Made by a program: the position numbers and the translations under genes. This document shows, in pieces, positions 51,119-64,000 of a stretch of DNA of 64,000 nucleotides (the stretch's first letter is position 1; every line of letters starts with the position of its first letter). Below the pieces are notes generated by a model, which was not told the DNA's origin, searched no databases, and saw only the letters and a program-made list of their open reading frames with translations. The DNA comes from Thermodesulfobacteriota bacterium (GTDB lineage: Bacteria; Desulfobacterota_D; UBA1144; Nemesobacterales; UBA2774): positions 47,356-111,355 of the forward strand of contig JBFMCV010000003.1 in the NCBI GenBank assembly GCA_040754335.1, in the 5' to 3' direction.

Positions 51119-52225
51119 TCACTCAAGGTCTCTGAACTTAACCACTATACCGTCCTTAAAATCGAGCGTGAAGCACGTGTGCCAGTAACCGTCCTCGTCG
51201 AAGCAGTCGTAAGACCACCTCTCGACGCCCTTGACGTTTTCTTCCTTGTCCGGCTCGCCCATTGCCTGGAGCGCCTCGTCTTTGGTCATCCCGTAGGCGG
51301 GGTAATTATTCTTTATTCCCCACCTTATCCTCTTTAAAGCTTTCTCGTCCCTCACGACCTCGACGGTCTTCTCTTCGGTCACTTCGACTTCGTCCTTGAC
51401 GGAAGCCGTACCGCCGCTGTCGTCTATCGCGATCTTCTCCGTGACGTTCTCGGACTCGCAGCTCCATACCAACACGCCGTTGGCGATGGTCTCGGGGTTA
51501 TCGGGCATCACGGGCGTTATGTCTTTCACCGTTTCCTTTATATACACCCCCGCCCTTTCGTCCTTCGCGCTGATATATTGGAGCTTCCTGTCCTCGCATT
51601 GAGCGGGCGTCCAGTGCTGGAGCACGGTCGCCACGCCGGGGGTTTTTTCGCTGACGCGCTCAGCAAGCAGCTTTCCCGTCTCCTCACCTCCCGTATCCTT
51701 AACCGCCCTGACGTTGCCGACGAGAAGTACAACGGGCGTATCGCCGATCATGCCCGCGACCTGCTTTTCCATCCACGCGTCCCTCGTGACAGGCACCGAA
51801 GCCGGCGCATCGATAGCACGGACCGACAGACACTTTCCCGCCCTTATCTGTCCGCTCAGGTCGGCAAGCATCTGCCTGTAGGCAGCGCTGTCCACTATGT
51901 CGTTGATTTGAATTTGGGAAACTGGCGCCTGCCCCTTCATAATGCCGTCGAGCATCTCCTGCTGATCGGAAGTTATTTCGAGCCCCACTTTGAGGCACCC
52001 TCCCCCGTTCAAATATTCGGTTACGGTCCCGGCAAAAAACCGGGCGGATTCGGCCCGCCCGTAGGATTCCCCGATTATAAGCACCTGCTTGCTCCCCATG
52101 AGCAAAGGCAGCGAAATGTTATCCTGCTGCGCCTGAGAAGAGATAAGTGACCCGAAGTAAAGCAGCACAGCCGGAATCAAACCGTAAGTTACACGCATAA
52201 CGTCACCCGTATAAATATATTTCAC
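51119..52225 (-). CDS. Secreted hypothetical protein with C-terminal BamE/SmpA-OmlA-like domain
   Basis: Signal peptide. C-terminal YGMTKDEALQAMGEPD resembles the BamE-like fold motif. Confidence 0.4.
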   Translation of the reverse strand: MKYIYTGDVMRVTYGLIPAVLLYFGSLISSQAQQDNISLPLLMGSKQVLIIGESYGRAESARFFAGTVTEYLNGGGCLKVGLEITSDQQEMLDGIMKGQAPVSQIQINDIVDSAAYRQMLADLSGQIRAGKCLSVRAIDAPASVPVTRDAWMEKQVAGMIGDTPVVLLVGNVRAVKDTGGEETGKLLAERVSEKTPGVATVLQHWTPAQCEDRKLQYISAKDERAGVYIKETVKDITPVMPDNPETIANGVLVWSCESENVTEKIAIDDSGGTASVKDEVEVTEEKTVEVVRDEKALKRIRWGIKNNYPAYGMTKDEALQAMGEPDKEENVKGVERWSYDCFDEDGYWHTCFTLDFKDGIVVKFRDLE

Positions 52226-52425
52226 CGGCTGAGCGCATTAATACCGCCGATGAGGCAGTTTCACTACAATTATATAATCAAAAGAGACTCGAATATAAAA
52301 GGATACGACGCCACCGACGCCTTTACCGATCTCAACGACTTTCTTTTCACGAACGCCTTCGCAGCCGGCCCCCCCGAGCTGATAGATTGTACAGGCGGAA
52401 TGTTAAGGAAATATTAAGAAGGCCC

Positions 52426-53223
52426 TCAGACGCCCTTCCAGCTGGGCTCCCGCTTCTCCAAAAACGCGTCTATCCCCTCTTCCGCGTCTCTCGCCATCAT
52501 ATTCTCGACCATCACGCGGCTGCAGTATTCATAAGCGGAGCGGAGGTCCTTATCCGCCTGCTCGTAAAAAGCCCTCTTCCCTATCTTGAGCGTGAGGGGC
52601 GACTTCGATGAAATCTTCTCCGCGAACGCCATGGCAGCACGGTCAAGGTCTTCAGCCCGCACGACCCGGTTGACGAGCCCGATCTCATAGGCCCTTTGGG
52701 CAGATATGAAGTCCCCGGTAAGCAGCATCTCCATAGCGTGCTTTCTCGATACGTTCCGCGATAGGGCGACCATAGGGGTCGAGCAGAAAAGCCCTATATT
52801 CACGCCCGGGGTGGCGAACCTCGCGTCCTCGTCGGCGACTGCGAGGTCGCACGTGGCGACGAGCTGGCACCCTGCCGCAGTGGCAACGCCGTGCACCTTG
52901 GCGATCACAGGTTTTGTACAATTAACTATCGAGAGCATCATCTTCGCACAGGCATCGAAGGTCTTCTCGTAAAACTCCCTTCCGGGGTTACGTCTAATTT
53001 CCTTCAAGTCGTGCCCGGCGCAAAACCCCTTGCCGGCACCCGACAGGATAACGACGCTGACGTCGTTGTCCCGCGATAGGGACTCGAATTCCGAGGTCAG
53101 TGCCTCCATGCAATCGATAGAGAGGGAGTTATACGAGGCGGGCCTGTTAATGACAAGCTCGGATACGGCTCCCCTGTCGTTCCTCAAGACGTAGGCTTCG
53201 GAACTTTTCTCCGCAATTTCCAT
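52426..53223 (-). CDS. Enoyl-CoA hydratase/isomerase (crotonase) family protein
   Basis: ILSGAGKGFCAGHDLKE oxyanion-hole region. 265 aa. Confidence 0.8.
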   Translation of the reverse strand: MEIAEKSSEAYVLRNDRGAVSELVINRPASYNSLSIDCMEALTSEFESLSRDNDVSVVILSGAGKGFCAGHDLKEIRRNPGREFYEKTFDACAKMMLSIVNCTKPVIAKVHGVATAAGCQLVATCDLAVADEDARFATPGVNIGLFCSTPMVALSRNVSRKHAMEMLLTGDFISAQRAYEIGLVNRVVRAEDLDRAAMAFAEKISSKSPLTLKIGKRAFYEQADKDLRSAYEYCSRVMVENMMARDAEEGIDAFLEKREPSWKGV

Positions 53224-53342
53224 AGAGCGGTTTCTCCTAATGAGAGGGTATTAATATCTGTTTTTAGTATATATGGAAAAAAGACGGGAGTTCAAACAGG
53301 GGGGGTGATTACGTATTGCTATTTCGCGGGCAGCCGAGCCTC

Positions 53343-53600
53343 TCAGTCCATCCTGACGCGGTCTGTAAGAACGGTTACTTTATCGTCCCTTACCTCGGCG
53401 ATCCCGCCCTCGACTATCATCTTCCTCTCGTGAGAACCCTTCTTGTATCGGAGCTCCCCTTCGGTGAGTATGGTGATGAAGGGCACGTGGCCCGGAAGGA
53501 CGCCGAATTCACCGACCTCGCCGGGGGCGACGACCTCGTCGACCCTCTCGTCGACCACGAGATTCATGGGTGTGATAACTTGAAGAAGAATGTCCGCCAA
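53343..53600 (-). CDS. atpC: F-type ATP synthase epsilon subunit, short form (85 aa, beta-sandwich domain only)
   Basis: LQVITPMNLVVDERVDEVVAPGEVGEFGVLPGHVP... Position is directly downstream of atpD. Confidence 0.75.
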   Translation of the reverse strand: MADILLQVITPMNLVVDERVDEVVAPGEVGEFGVLPGHVPFITILTEGELRYKKGSHERKMIVEGGIAEVRDDKVTVLTDRVRMD

Positions 53601-53700
53601 TTTTGTATCTCCTCGGAGTCCCGGACGCTTTCATTATTTACAGGAACCCTAATTATACGGAGGCAGGCCCGGACCTGCCCCGTCCGTCGTATTCACAAGA

Positions 53701-56011
<2,311 letters not shown>

Positions 56012-56045
56012 TTATTTTCGTCTCTGTATTGAGGATTGTAATAGT

Positions 56046-57584
<1,539 letters not shown>

Positions 57585-57594
57585 TTAGGGGGTT

Positions 57595-58137
57595 TCAGGA
57601 CCGCGTGAGGACGTTTCTCATTCTCTCAAGCTGGGTCTTTATACTACCATCGAACACCTTATCTTCAACCTTCGTGATTATTCCGCCTATAATCGACGGG
57701 TCGACCTTGGACGTAACCTCTACGTCCTGTCCGACCGCCTTTATCAATGCGCTCTTTATCCGCGCGAGATCGAACTCGGAGGGCTCGGCCGCCATGATTA
57801 CCTCGGCCCTGAGCCTGCCCGAGGCTTTCCTCAGCTTCTCCACGACAATCTGCTCGGATTTTACGAGCGATTTAAACTTGTCGAGCTCTATCACGACCGT
57901 AAGGAAGTTGACCGTCAATCTGTCGTAGCCTTTCTTCTGTCCTATATCCTCGATTATCCCCTTCCTTTCCTGAAAATCGAAAGTGGAGCTCCAGAGTATG
58001 TTCCTCACATCTTCAGCACCCGAGAGCAGCTTGAAAAAGTCCTCGATGTCGGAAGTCACGCGGTCGAGCTTGCTCTCCTCTCTCGCGCTCTCGATAAGCG
58101 CTTCGGTGAGGTCTCTCAGTGTTGCGATTGATGCCAT
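57595..58137 (-). CDS. atpH: F-type ATP synthase delta subunit (OSCP)
   Basis: 180-aa OSCP-like protein, positioned between the b and alpha genes. Confidence 0.8.
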   Translation of the reverse strand: MASIATLRDLTEALIESAREESKLDRVTSDIEDFFKLLSGAEDVRNILWSSTFDFQERKGIIEDIGQKKGYDRLTVNFLTVVIELDKFKSLVKSEQIVVEKLRKASGRLRAEVIMAAEPSEFDLARIKSALIKAVGQDVEVTSKVDPSIIGGIITKVEDKVFDGSIKTQLERMRNVLTRS

Positions 58138-58670
58138 TTTTCATCCTCGATATTTTTGGTAAATTCCTGTATGAACCTTTCCTTGTCCGCGTCCCGCAGG
58201 CCCTCTTTTATGAGCGCCTCCGCGTTCCCGAGGGCAAGATTTACGACCTCTGTCTGTATCTCGCGCCTCGCACGCTCTGTCTGGAGCGCTATGGTCTCCC
58301 TTGCTTCCTTCCTTATAGTTTCCGAAGCAGACTCGGCCTGCCTGAGCAACTCCGCCCTCTCCGTCTCTCCCTGCTTGCGGAGGGTTTCCTTGAGCGCATT
58401 GATTTCGGATTCTATCGCCTGGAGCTTCTTTGCGTATTCCTCATATTTCGATTTGGCTTCCCCGATGGTCTTCTGCGCAGTGTCGATCTCGTGGCTTATA
58501 GACCCGCGCCTTTCCACGAGGAAATTCTTTACAGGGGTCTTGAGGAAGTAGACGAGCACGCCGAGCAGTATTACGAGGTTGACGGCATGCTCCAGAACGA
58601 ACTGCCAGTTAAAGCCGCCGTTTTCCGAAGCCCCGGCGAGGATCATGTTTATTATTCCGTATCCGGTCAT
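58116..58670 (-). CDS. atpF: F-type ATP synthase F0 subunit b
   Basis: N-terminal TM helix plus a long charged coiled coil. Confidence 0.75.
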   Translation of the reverse strand: MTGYGIINMILAGASENGGFNWQFVLEHAVNLVILLGVLVYFLKTPVKNFLVERRGSISHEIDTAQKTIGEAKSKYEEYAKKLQAIESEINALKETLRKQGETERAELLRQAESASETIRKEARETIALQTERARREIQTEVVNLALGNAEALIKEGLRDADKERFIQEFTKNIEDEKWHQSQH

Positions 58671-59188
58671 ACGCCCGCCTCCCTGCCCAATACCTTGGAG
58701 GCGATTTCCCTGGACAGCACCTGAACGTCTCCCTTGAGCTTGTCTTTTATCGCCTCTGTATCCGATTCGAGCTTCTTTTTCGCCTCGTCGAGTAGCGAAG
58801 CCGTTTCCTCCCTCGTCTTCGCGATAACCCCGTTCGCCGCCGCCTCCCCTTCGCGTACTATCTTGTTCCGCTCCTCCTGGGCCTGGGCCCTCGCTTCATT
58901 GAGCTTGGCTTCGTATTCGAGGATTATCTCCTTCACCTTCTCTTCGAGCTCCCTCGCTTCCTTTATAGCGCCTTTCGTAAGCCTGTCGCGCCTGTCGATT
59001 AGCTCGAGAAACGGCTTGAAGACGAGTGCGTTGAGGATTAATATCGCCGCTATGAAAATCACTATCTGTATGAATACGGTTTTGTTAACGCTGAGCAGGT
59101 CTTCCGCGGCTGACGCCTGAGAAGCGGCTGTGACGATTAATAGGAAGGAAACCGCTTGAACCAACTTTAATTGTTTCATTGTATCCAT
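58667..59188 (-). CDS. F-type ATP synthase F0 subunit b' (second b-type subunit)
   Basis: Signal/TM helix plus a charged coiled coil. 4-nt overlap with the atpF start. Confidence 0.7.
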   Translation of the reverse strand: MDTMKQLKLVQAVSFLLIVTAASQASAAEDLLSVNKTVFIQIVIFIAAILILNALVFKPFLELIDRRDRLTKGAIKEARELEEKVKEIILEYEAKLNEARAQAQEERNKIVREGEAAANGVIAKTREETASLLDEAKKKLESDTEAIKDKLKGDVQVLSREIASKVLGREAGV

Positions 59189-59751
59189 ATCTCCTGTACA
59201 GAATACGGAACCGGCTATGCCCGTACCGCCCTAAGCAGCCGTTTGAGCGGCGGAGACGCGAAAAAGAGCTTATCGAAGGGGCTGTAAAACGCTTCTTCCA
59301 GACTCATTTGCGGGCTTAATTCCCTAAGGGCAGAACATTGAAAAAACGAAAGTATTTAACATGAAATGAGGGGAGTGTCAAACAAATTCACCGTATATAC
59401 ACAATAGAAGGGCGAATTCCCGCCCCTCTGATCGTCGAGTGCGTGTGCCATGCAATTCGGGGACAAAAGATGATGCAGAGGACGGGACTAAAAGCTGCGA
59501 CAGCCACGGATCGTTGCCTGAGCTTTCTTAAGGACTTGAAATGCATAAAGAAAGCTAAAAAACCTCCCGACAGTGCAGAAATGGCTTAAAATCCCTAGTT
59601 AACGCTAAAATCTATCAATTCCTCACGCATGCCTAAGGGAATAATACCCGTTCAACCCTTCGATCCTTCGACTTCGCTAAGGACAGGCGTGCAGATTAGG
59701 GCTTGCTCCAACATTTGGCCGTAGTTGAAATGCGACATAAGGATCATATAC

Positions 59752-59954
59752 GAGCGCAGGTTCCACGCCTCAGGACGAACGGGTTGGGTTGGATATATGA
59801 GTGAAAGGTGACACCCCCACCCAAACCCTCCCCCCTCAAGGGGGAGGGGAATAATATATAAGGCGAACGGGGTGAGTCTCGTGTGTTGGTTTGGGCGGAA
59901 GAGGTACAGATGTATCTGCTATGAGCGCAGATTCTGCGCCTCAGGACGAACGGG
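59752..59954. repeat. Two 32-nt direct repeats (59752-59783 and 59923-59954, 29/32 identical) flanking a 9-bp GC hairpin (59826-59848), in a 0.9-kb non-coding region upstream of the atp operon
   Basis: Repeat unit GAGCGCAG[G/A]TTC[CA/TG]CGCCTCAGGACGAACGGG. Hairpin CCCTCCCCC-CTCAA-GGGGGAGGG. Confidence 0.5.
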
Positions 59955-60092
59955 CGGGGGCACTTGCGAGTCGGACGGAGGAATTTGGAAAGAATCGCGC
60001 ATGAGGGCACGTTGTGTGCCGCTGGCCGCAGCCGGGAAATGAAAAATAGACGCTGAAGTTTCGGGAGCGGGACGCCGAATAGAACCTCCCGT

Positions 60093-61052
60093 TCAAGCTA
60101 TCCCTTTTTCCTTATTGAATTTATCAAGCTCTATGTCGTATTCGGTATAGATACCCAGCGCATGGAGGCATTCGTTCGCCTCCTCGAGACTCCCTGCCTT
60201 CGATACGGCTCGGGACATTGCCGATAATTTCTCGTAAAGCACGCCGGGGGTGAAGTAATAAGTGACAGTCGAAGACATGGAAAGGCTTAACTGCCGCCTC
60301 CCGCTCCTTATGGCCGTATCCGGATTCTCCCCTTTCGCATATAACGCGGGGGCGCGGCTCGCTTCGGTCGGGACTACGGCGATCAGTTTCTCGAGGAGCG
60401 CGAGCGCCTCCCGCGTAATCCCCCAGCTTCCGAGGAGCCCCCCTTCCCTCGCAAGTATGGACATAGACCTCTCGAGCTCGTCCTGGGTGAGCTCCCCGTC
60501 GCTGCCGTACCCGAAGAGACCCATCACGGTCGGAATTCTCTTTTCAAGGGTCGCGAAAGCGGCGGTCATTATGGAATCCGCGAGAGGGCTCATTAGTCCG
60601 GGCTCGTTCCCGAAGGCGAGGAGGTCCCCTCCTACGTCTATGCCGATTATCAGATCAGCCCCAAGCCCGTCCGCCGCGTTGAGTATGCCCTCGGCGACGG
60701 CCCTCGGCCCAGGATGAATGTCTATCAAAAGGGTCTCTTTCCCGAGGACCTCCGCAACGCCCGATTCCGCGAACCTCACCCCGGTGCTCGTGACTGTGTC
60801 TTTATTCGCGAACCATACGACGTCATTTAATTTTCGCGCGTTTCTGACTTCTTCGAATTTCCGGGGTCCCGGAACAGGGTCGATGACAGACCTTTCCCAG
60901 GAAAGACCTCCAAGCTCGCACTCTATCCCGAACATGCTCAGGAGGTCGGCTGTCGGGATAGTGCCTACGATGTCCCCCCCGCCGCCTATGCCTATGAGTA
61001 TGGCCTTCCTGGTATTCGCGATAACTTCTCTCAGTGATCTCCTTTCCTGCAA
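60093..61052 (-). CDS. DUF1152-like protein (GGGGD motif), function unknown
   Basis: ILIGIGGGGDIVGTIP...GIDVGGDLLA motifs, recalled as typical of DUF1152. Confidence 0.5.
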   Translation of the reverse strand: MQERRSLREVIANTRKAILIGIGGGGDIVGTIPTADLLSMFGIECELGGLSWERSVIDPVPGPRKFEEVRNARKLNDVVWFANKDTVTSTGVRFAESGVAEVLGKETLLIDIHPGPRAVAEGILNAADGLGADLIIGIDVGGDLLAFGNEPGLMSPLADSIMTAAFATLEKRIPTVMGLFGYGSDGELTQDELERSMSILAREGGLLGSWGITREALALLEKLIAVVPTEASRAPALYAKGENPDTAIRSGRRQLSLSMSSTVTYYFTPGVLYEKLSAMSRAVSKAGSLEEANECLHALGIYTEYDIELDKFNKEKGIA

Positions 61053-61167
61053 GCGCGGTCTCCCTCAAGGGCGAAATAGTGCAATATGCCCTGAATACTC
61101 TACTTTAAGGGACGCAACTTTCAATCAGATTGTTATGTAGGGAGCCGTATAGTCAGTAGTGAAAAAT

Positions 61168-62589
61168 TCAGGACCTGGGTTCTTCAAGAAGGACGAAGAG
61201 GACGTTGTCGCTGAAGGCGGGGGATTTGGTAAGCCCCAGGTGGTCGGTGAATAGGAACGTGACGCTCGACCATTCAATCGGCGATACGAGAGCCGGAGTC
61301 CAGTAGCCACCCACTCTCTCGTCCATGAGAGCGCTCGCGCGCGTTACCGTCCCGTCGCCGGGGGCGTACGCGGACACCTCTATTTTGCCCGTCGCCCTGT
61401 CGACCTTGAGGGCCGAGCCCGTGAGCACCGCGTCCCCGGCTATGAGGTAGAGCTTGAGACTCTGAGGGGGTTCTGCGGGGGTATCTATCGCTTCCTGAAA
61501 CGCGGCGCCCCGCTTAAGGGATTTTCTCAAATGATCTATGGCTATTTCACGTCTTTTTGCTGGGTCGGAAACGTCGGGGAGCAGCCATCCGAGCACCTCC
61601 TCCTGCCCGGGGTCGGTGAGGCCCCAGCCGAGCTCTATCCAGACCTCGGGATCCATGAGGTCGAGCCATTCGCCATTCTCGTCCGCGACGGCCCCGTGCC
61701 TGGTCCTCGGGAGCTGCTGATATAGTGAAGGAAAGGTCCCGATGATCGCGGGCTCGTATTTAGGCAGAAATGGCCCTATGTCCCGCCCCATGACGAGAGT
61801 CTCGACGGCCCCGATAGCACCCGCGTTGGGTGTACCGACGATTATCACCTTTTCGACGTACTCGGCGCCGGCCCATGTGACTTCAGGCTTGGTGCCGTCC
61901 CCGGGCAGGTCTTTGCCGCCGTACATCAGAAAATAACGCGTCAGCAGGCCGCCCATCGAATGGGCGACTATGTCGAACTTGACGTCGTCCTTCTTTATTC
62001 CGCGCTTCCTGTACTCACCGAGAATGTATTCCTTTTTCTCTTCGATGAATTTTTTGAGCCTCTTCGCGTTCTCGACGTTATCGAGCCTCCAGTCGTAGTC
62101 GAACTGAAAGCAGGTGAAGTGGTCGTCCCCGTAGTCGATCTCGTTTAATTTATTTGAGGCGAGGGACTGGTCGAGGTAGCCGCCCGCGCCGAGCGTGCTC
62201 AGTATGTTTATATAAGCGTTCAGCTGTATAGGCAGCCCGAAGAGCTTCACCTTTACCCTGTCGAGAGCGCCGTCCGAACGTACGCTGTCCGTGAGCTCGT
62301 CTATGGGGACGCCTTCTTTCATGGGTAAAGCGATGAGTCGCGCCCCCTCAGGGGTTTCGGGATCGGCTTCGCCCCCGTCGAATGCCCCCCACACGAGCTG
62401 CCCGGTCTCGCCGTCCCTCAGCTTCGAGCCGAGAATGCCGGGAATGACGATGACAGGATTGCCCTCTTCGTGCGAGCGCATCGCCGCCTGCGTGTATATG
62501 CCCCCGAGGTCGGGCGGGTCGTACTCTGCCCTGGCACAGGCAAACATCAGAGCAATCGGCAATAATATAACAAAAAGAATATATCTCAT
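61168..62589 (-). CDS. Secreted alpha/beta-hydrolase lipase/acyltransferase (LCAT/PGAP1-like)
   Basis: Start at MRYILFV (ATG 62587-62589). Lipobox-like LMFACARA. AHSMGG nucleophile elbow. Confidence 0.65.
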   Translation of the reverse strand: MRYILFVILLPIALMFACARAEYDPPDLGGIYTQAAMRSHEEGNPVIVIPGILGSKLRDGETGQLVWGAFDGGEADPETPEGARLIALPMKEGVPIDELTDSVRSDGALDRVKVKLFGLPIQLNAYINILSTLGAGGYLDQSLASNKLNEIDYGDDHFTCFQFDYDWRLDNVENAKRLKKFIEEKKEYILGEYRKRGIKKDDVKFDIVAHSMGGLLTRYFLMYGGKDLPGDGTKPEVTWAGAEYVEKVIIVGTPNAGAIGAVETLVMGRDIGPFLPKYEPAIIGTFPSLYQQLPRTRHGAVADENGEWLDLMDPEVWIELGWGLTDPGQEEVLGWLLPDVSDPAKRREIAIDHLRKSLKRGAAFQEAIDTPAEPPQSLKLYLIAGDAVLTGSALKVDRATGKIEVSAYAPGDGTVTRASALMDERVGGYWTPALVSPIEWSSVTFLFTDHLGLTKSPAFSDNVLFVLLEEPRS

Positions 62590-62801
62590 AGCCCCCCAAG
62601 CAATAAATACGCGCACTTATCTCTTAGGTCCTGTAAACCTTTGACGACAGACACACCTGATGAGATCCATTTCGGCGTGAAAAACAGGAAGCACTTTACA
62701 GATGTGCTTGCTTACATGCGCGGGGATGCCCGAGCTAGCTCATAATGAGACCCTGGACCTGCGATTTAATTTGACTCTATTTTTAAAGGGGCGGAGCCGG
62801 A

Positions 62802-63068
62802 TCACTCGGCGAACTGTATGCCGAGCCTCACCTGCACTATCGCCTGGTTGACGAGCTCGAGCGCCCTGACCCTGTGCCCGCCTTTATCCGGCGACGAGAC
62901 TTCGAGACTGATCCGGGCCTCGTGGAGACTGCCTAGGGCCTGCTCCATGTTCGGCTGATAACCGGGCTGAGCCTGGGCTTCCCTGAAGATATTGAACGTC
63001 CCCATCAGAACCGCTGTGAAAAGAACTCCCGCTAAAAACGGCAGTGAAAATTTTAAGATCCTCGACAT
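62802..63068 (-). CDS. Small secreted hypothetical protein (88 aa)
   Basis: Signal peptide LPFLAGVLFTAVLMGTFNIF...AQA. Confidence 0.35.
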   Translation of the reverse strand: MSRILKFSLPFLAGVLFTAVLMGTFNIFREAQAQPGYQPNMEQALGSLHEARISLEVSSPDKGGHRVRALELVNQAIVQVRLGIQFAE

Positions 63069-63163
63069 AACGAGCCTCCTTAGGGATTAGGAATTTAGAA
63101 CACTATAAAACACCTGATACGCCGCAGCAAACCGAATTCGAAATCCCGCACATCATGCAGCAG

Positions 63164-64000
63164 TCAGCGCTTCACCTTGTATCCCGATTTTTCCCTGTCC
63201 CAGGTGTCCTTCGTTATGCCCGCTTCCCTGAGCTTGTTCTTCTGCACCCTCTCCGTGCCCGTCTTCGGCAGAGAGGTCTCGAACCTCACGAACCTCGGGA
63301 GCATGAAGTGGGGCATCCTGGGCTCGAGGTATTCCATAAGACTGTGCGGGTCGATTTTCTTCCCTTTCTTGGAAACGACCACGATCATGACCTCGTCCTC
63401 GGCGTACCTTCCGCCTTCCGATTTAATGCCGATCACGCCGCACTCCTCGACTTCGGGATGCGAATTAACGATTTTCTCGACCTCGAACGAGCTTATGTTC
63501 TCACCCCTCCTCCTTATATAGTCTTTGACCCTGTCGACGAAATAGATGTATCCGTCCTTGTCCATCATCCCCGCGTCCCCGGTGTGGAACCAGAAGTTCC
63601 TGAAATCCTGCACGGTCTTCTCGGGCATCTTGTTGTAGTAGTGGAGCATGATGTTAGGGGTCCTCGGGCGCACGATTATTTCGCCCACGCGGCCCCTCGG
63701 CACTTCCTCGTCCGTCTCCGGGTCTCCGATCTTTATCTCGTAGCCGGGAGCTTCCTTTCCGCACGAGCCGACCCTGAAAGGCTCTCCCGGCCTCATCCAC
63801 GTGCACTGCCCTATCTCGGTGAGCCCGTAGCCCTCCATGAACTTTATATTGAACCTGTCCATGAACTCCTCGATTATGTCGTGGGGCGCGGGGGATCCGA
63901 GGACGAGCTTCACCTTGTGCTGCTTTTCCTCGGGCACGGGCGGCGTGTTCCACATGAAGTAGGCCATCGTGCCGACTATGTTGAACTTGGTCACGCCATG
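63164..64000 (-). CDS. AMP-dependent synthetase/ligase (acyl-CoA synthetase) C-terminal part; N-terminus lies beyond the window end
   Basis: YGLTE, TGDAG...DGYIYFVDRVKDYIRRRGENIS and MLPRFVRFETSLPKTGTERVQK motifs of the adenylate-forming enzyme C-terminal domain. Confidence 0.8.
   Translation of the reverse strand, partial: HGVTKFNIVGTMAYFMWNTPPVPEEKQHKVKLVLGSPAPHDIIEEFMDRFNIKFMEGYGLTEIGQCTWMRPGEPFRVGSCGKEAPGYEIKIGDPETDEEVPRGRVGEIIVRPRTPNIMLHYYNKMPEKTVQDFRNFWFHTGDAGMMDKDGYIYFVDRVKDYIRRRGENISSFEVEKIVNSHPEVEECGVIGIKSEGGRYAEDEVMIVVVSKKGKKIDPHSLMEYLEPRMPHFMLPRFVRFETSLPKTGTERVQKNKLREAGITKDTWDREKSGYKVKR

Noticed and set aside
59744-60010. 88-aa ORF considered as a missing atpE (c-subunit) upstream of atpF'
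   Set aside because: It has no hydrophobic hairpin and no conserved c-subunit carboxylate motif, and its composition is Arg/Pro-rich. The region is better explained as non-coding with repeats.

Overview
This is a gene-dense bacterial window of about 58-60% GC, apart from one AT-rich patch, and it was read by eye only. (1) Bases 1-17.5 kb carry a single-orientation (minus strand) Wzx/Wzy-type exopolysaccharide locus. It encodes Wza, a Wzc BY-kinase, a priming sugar transferase, a Wzx flippase, a Wzy-like polymerase, three glycosyltransferases, a zinc-ribbon methyltransferase and an unusual 847-aa three-domain kinase-like protein. Upstream sit a NusG paralog, a CheY-like receiver and a NarL-type two-component pair. 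(2) An AT-rich patch at 17.5-19.7 kb carries a 55-bp copy of the 3' half of a tRNA-Ser(UGA) gene; the intact gene lies about 10.5 kb away at 28453-28538. (3) Between the two repeats is a putative cAMP signalling module: a glutaminase-STAS-cNMP-binding fusion, a 1129-aa FecR-TPR-beta-barrel protein, a very Cys-rich secreted protein and a CHASE2 class III nucleotidyl cyclase. (4) A minus-strand cluster of small secreted proteins follows, including two tandem Tyr/Asp-rich paralogs, a phytase-like beta-propeller, a histidine phosphatase and lipid enzymes (PlsC, YegS-like kinase). (5) Housekeeping blocks: rpsB-tsf-pyrH-frr, serS, archease, ffh-rpsP-KH-rimM-trmD-rplS (TrmD carries a C-terminal extra domain) and an F-type ATP synthase operon b'-b-delta-alpha-gamma-beta-epsilon that lacks the a/c genes and has a short epsilon. 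(6) Then come a DUF1152-like protein, an LCAT-like lipase and a partial acyl-CoA synthetase. No CRISPR array, rRNA, transposase or integrase was recognised. All calls rest on motif recognition and need homology searches to confirm.
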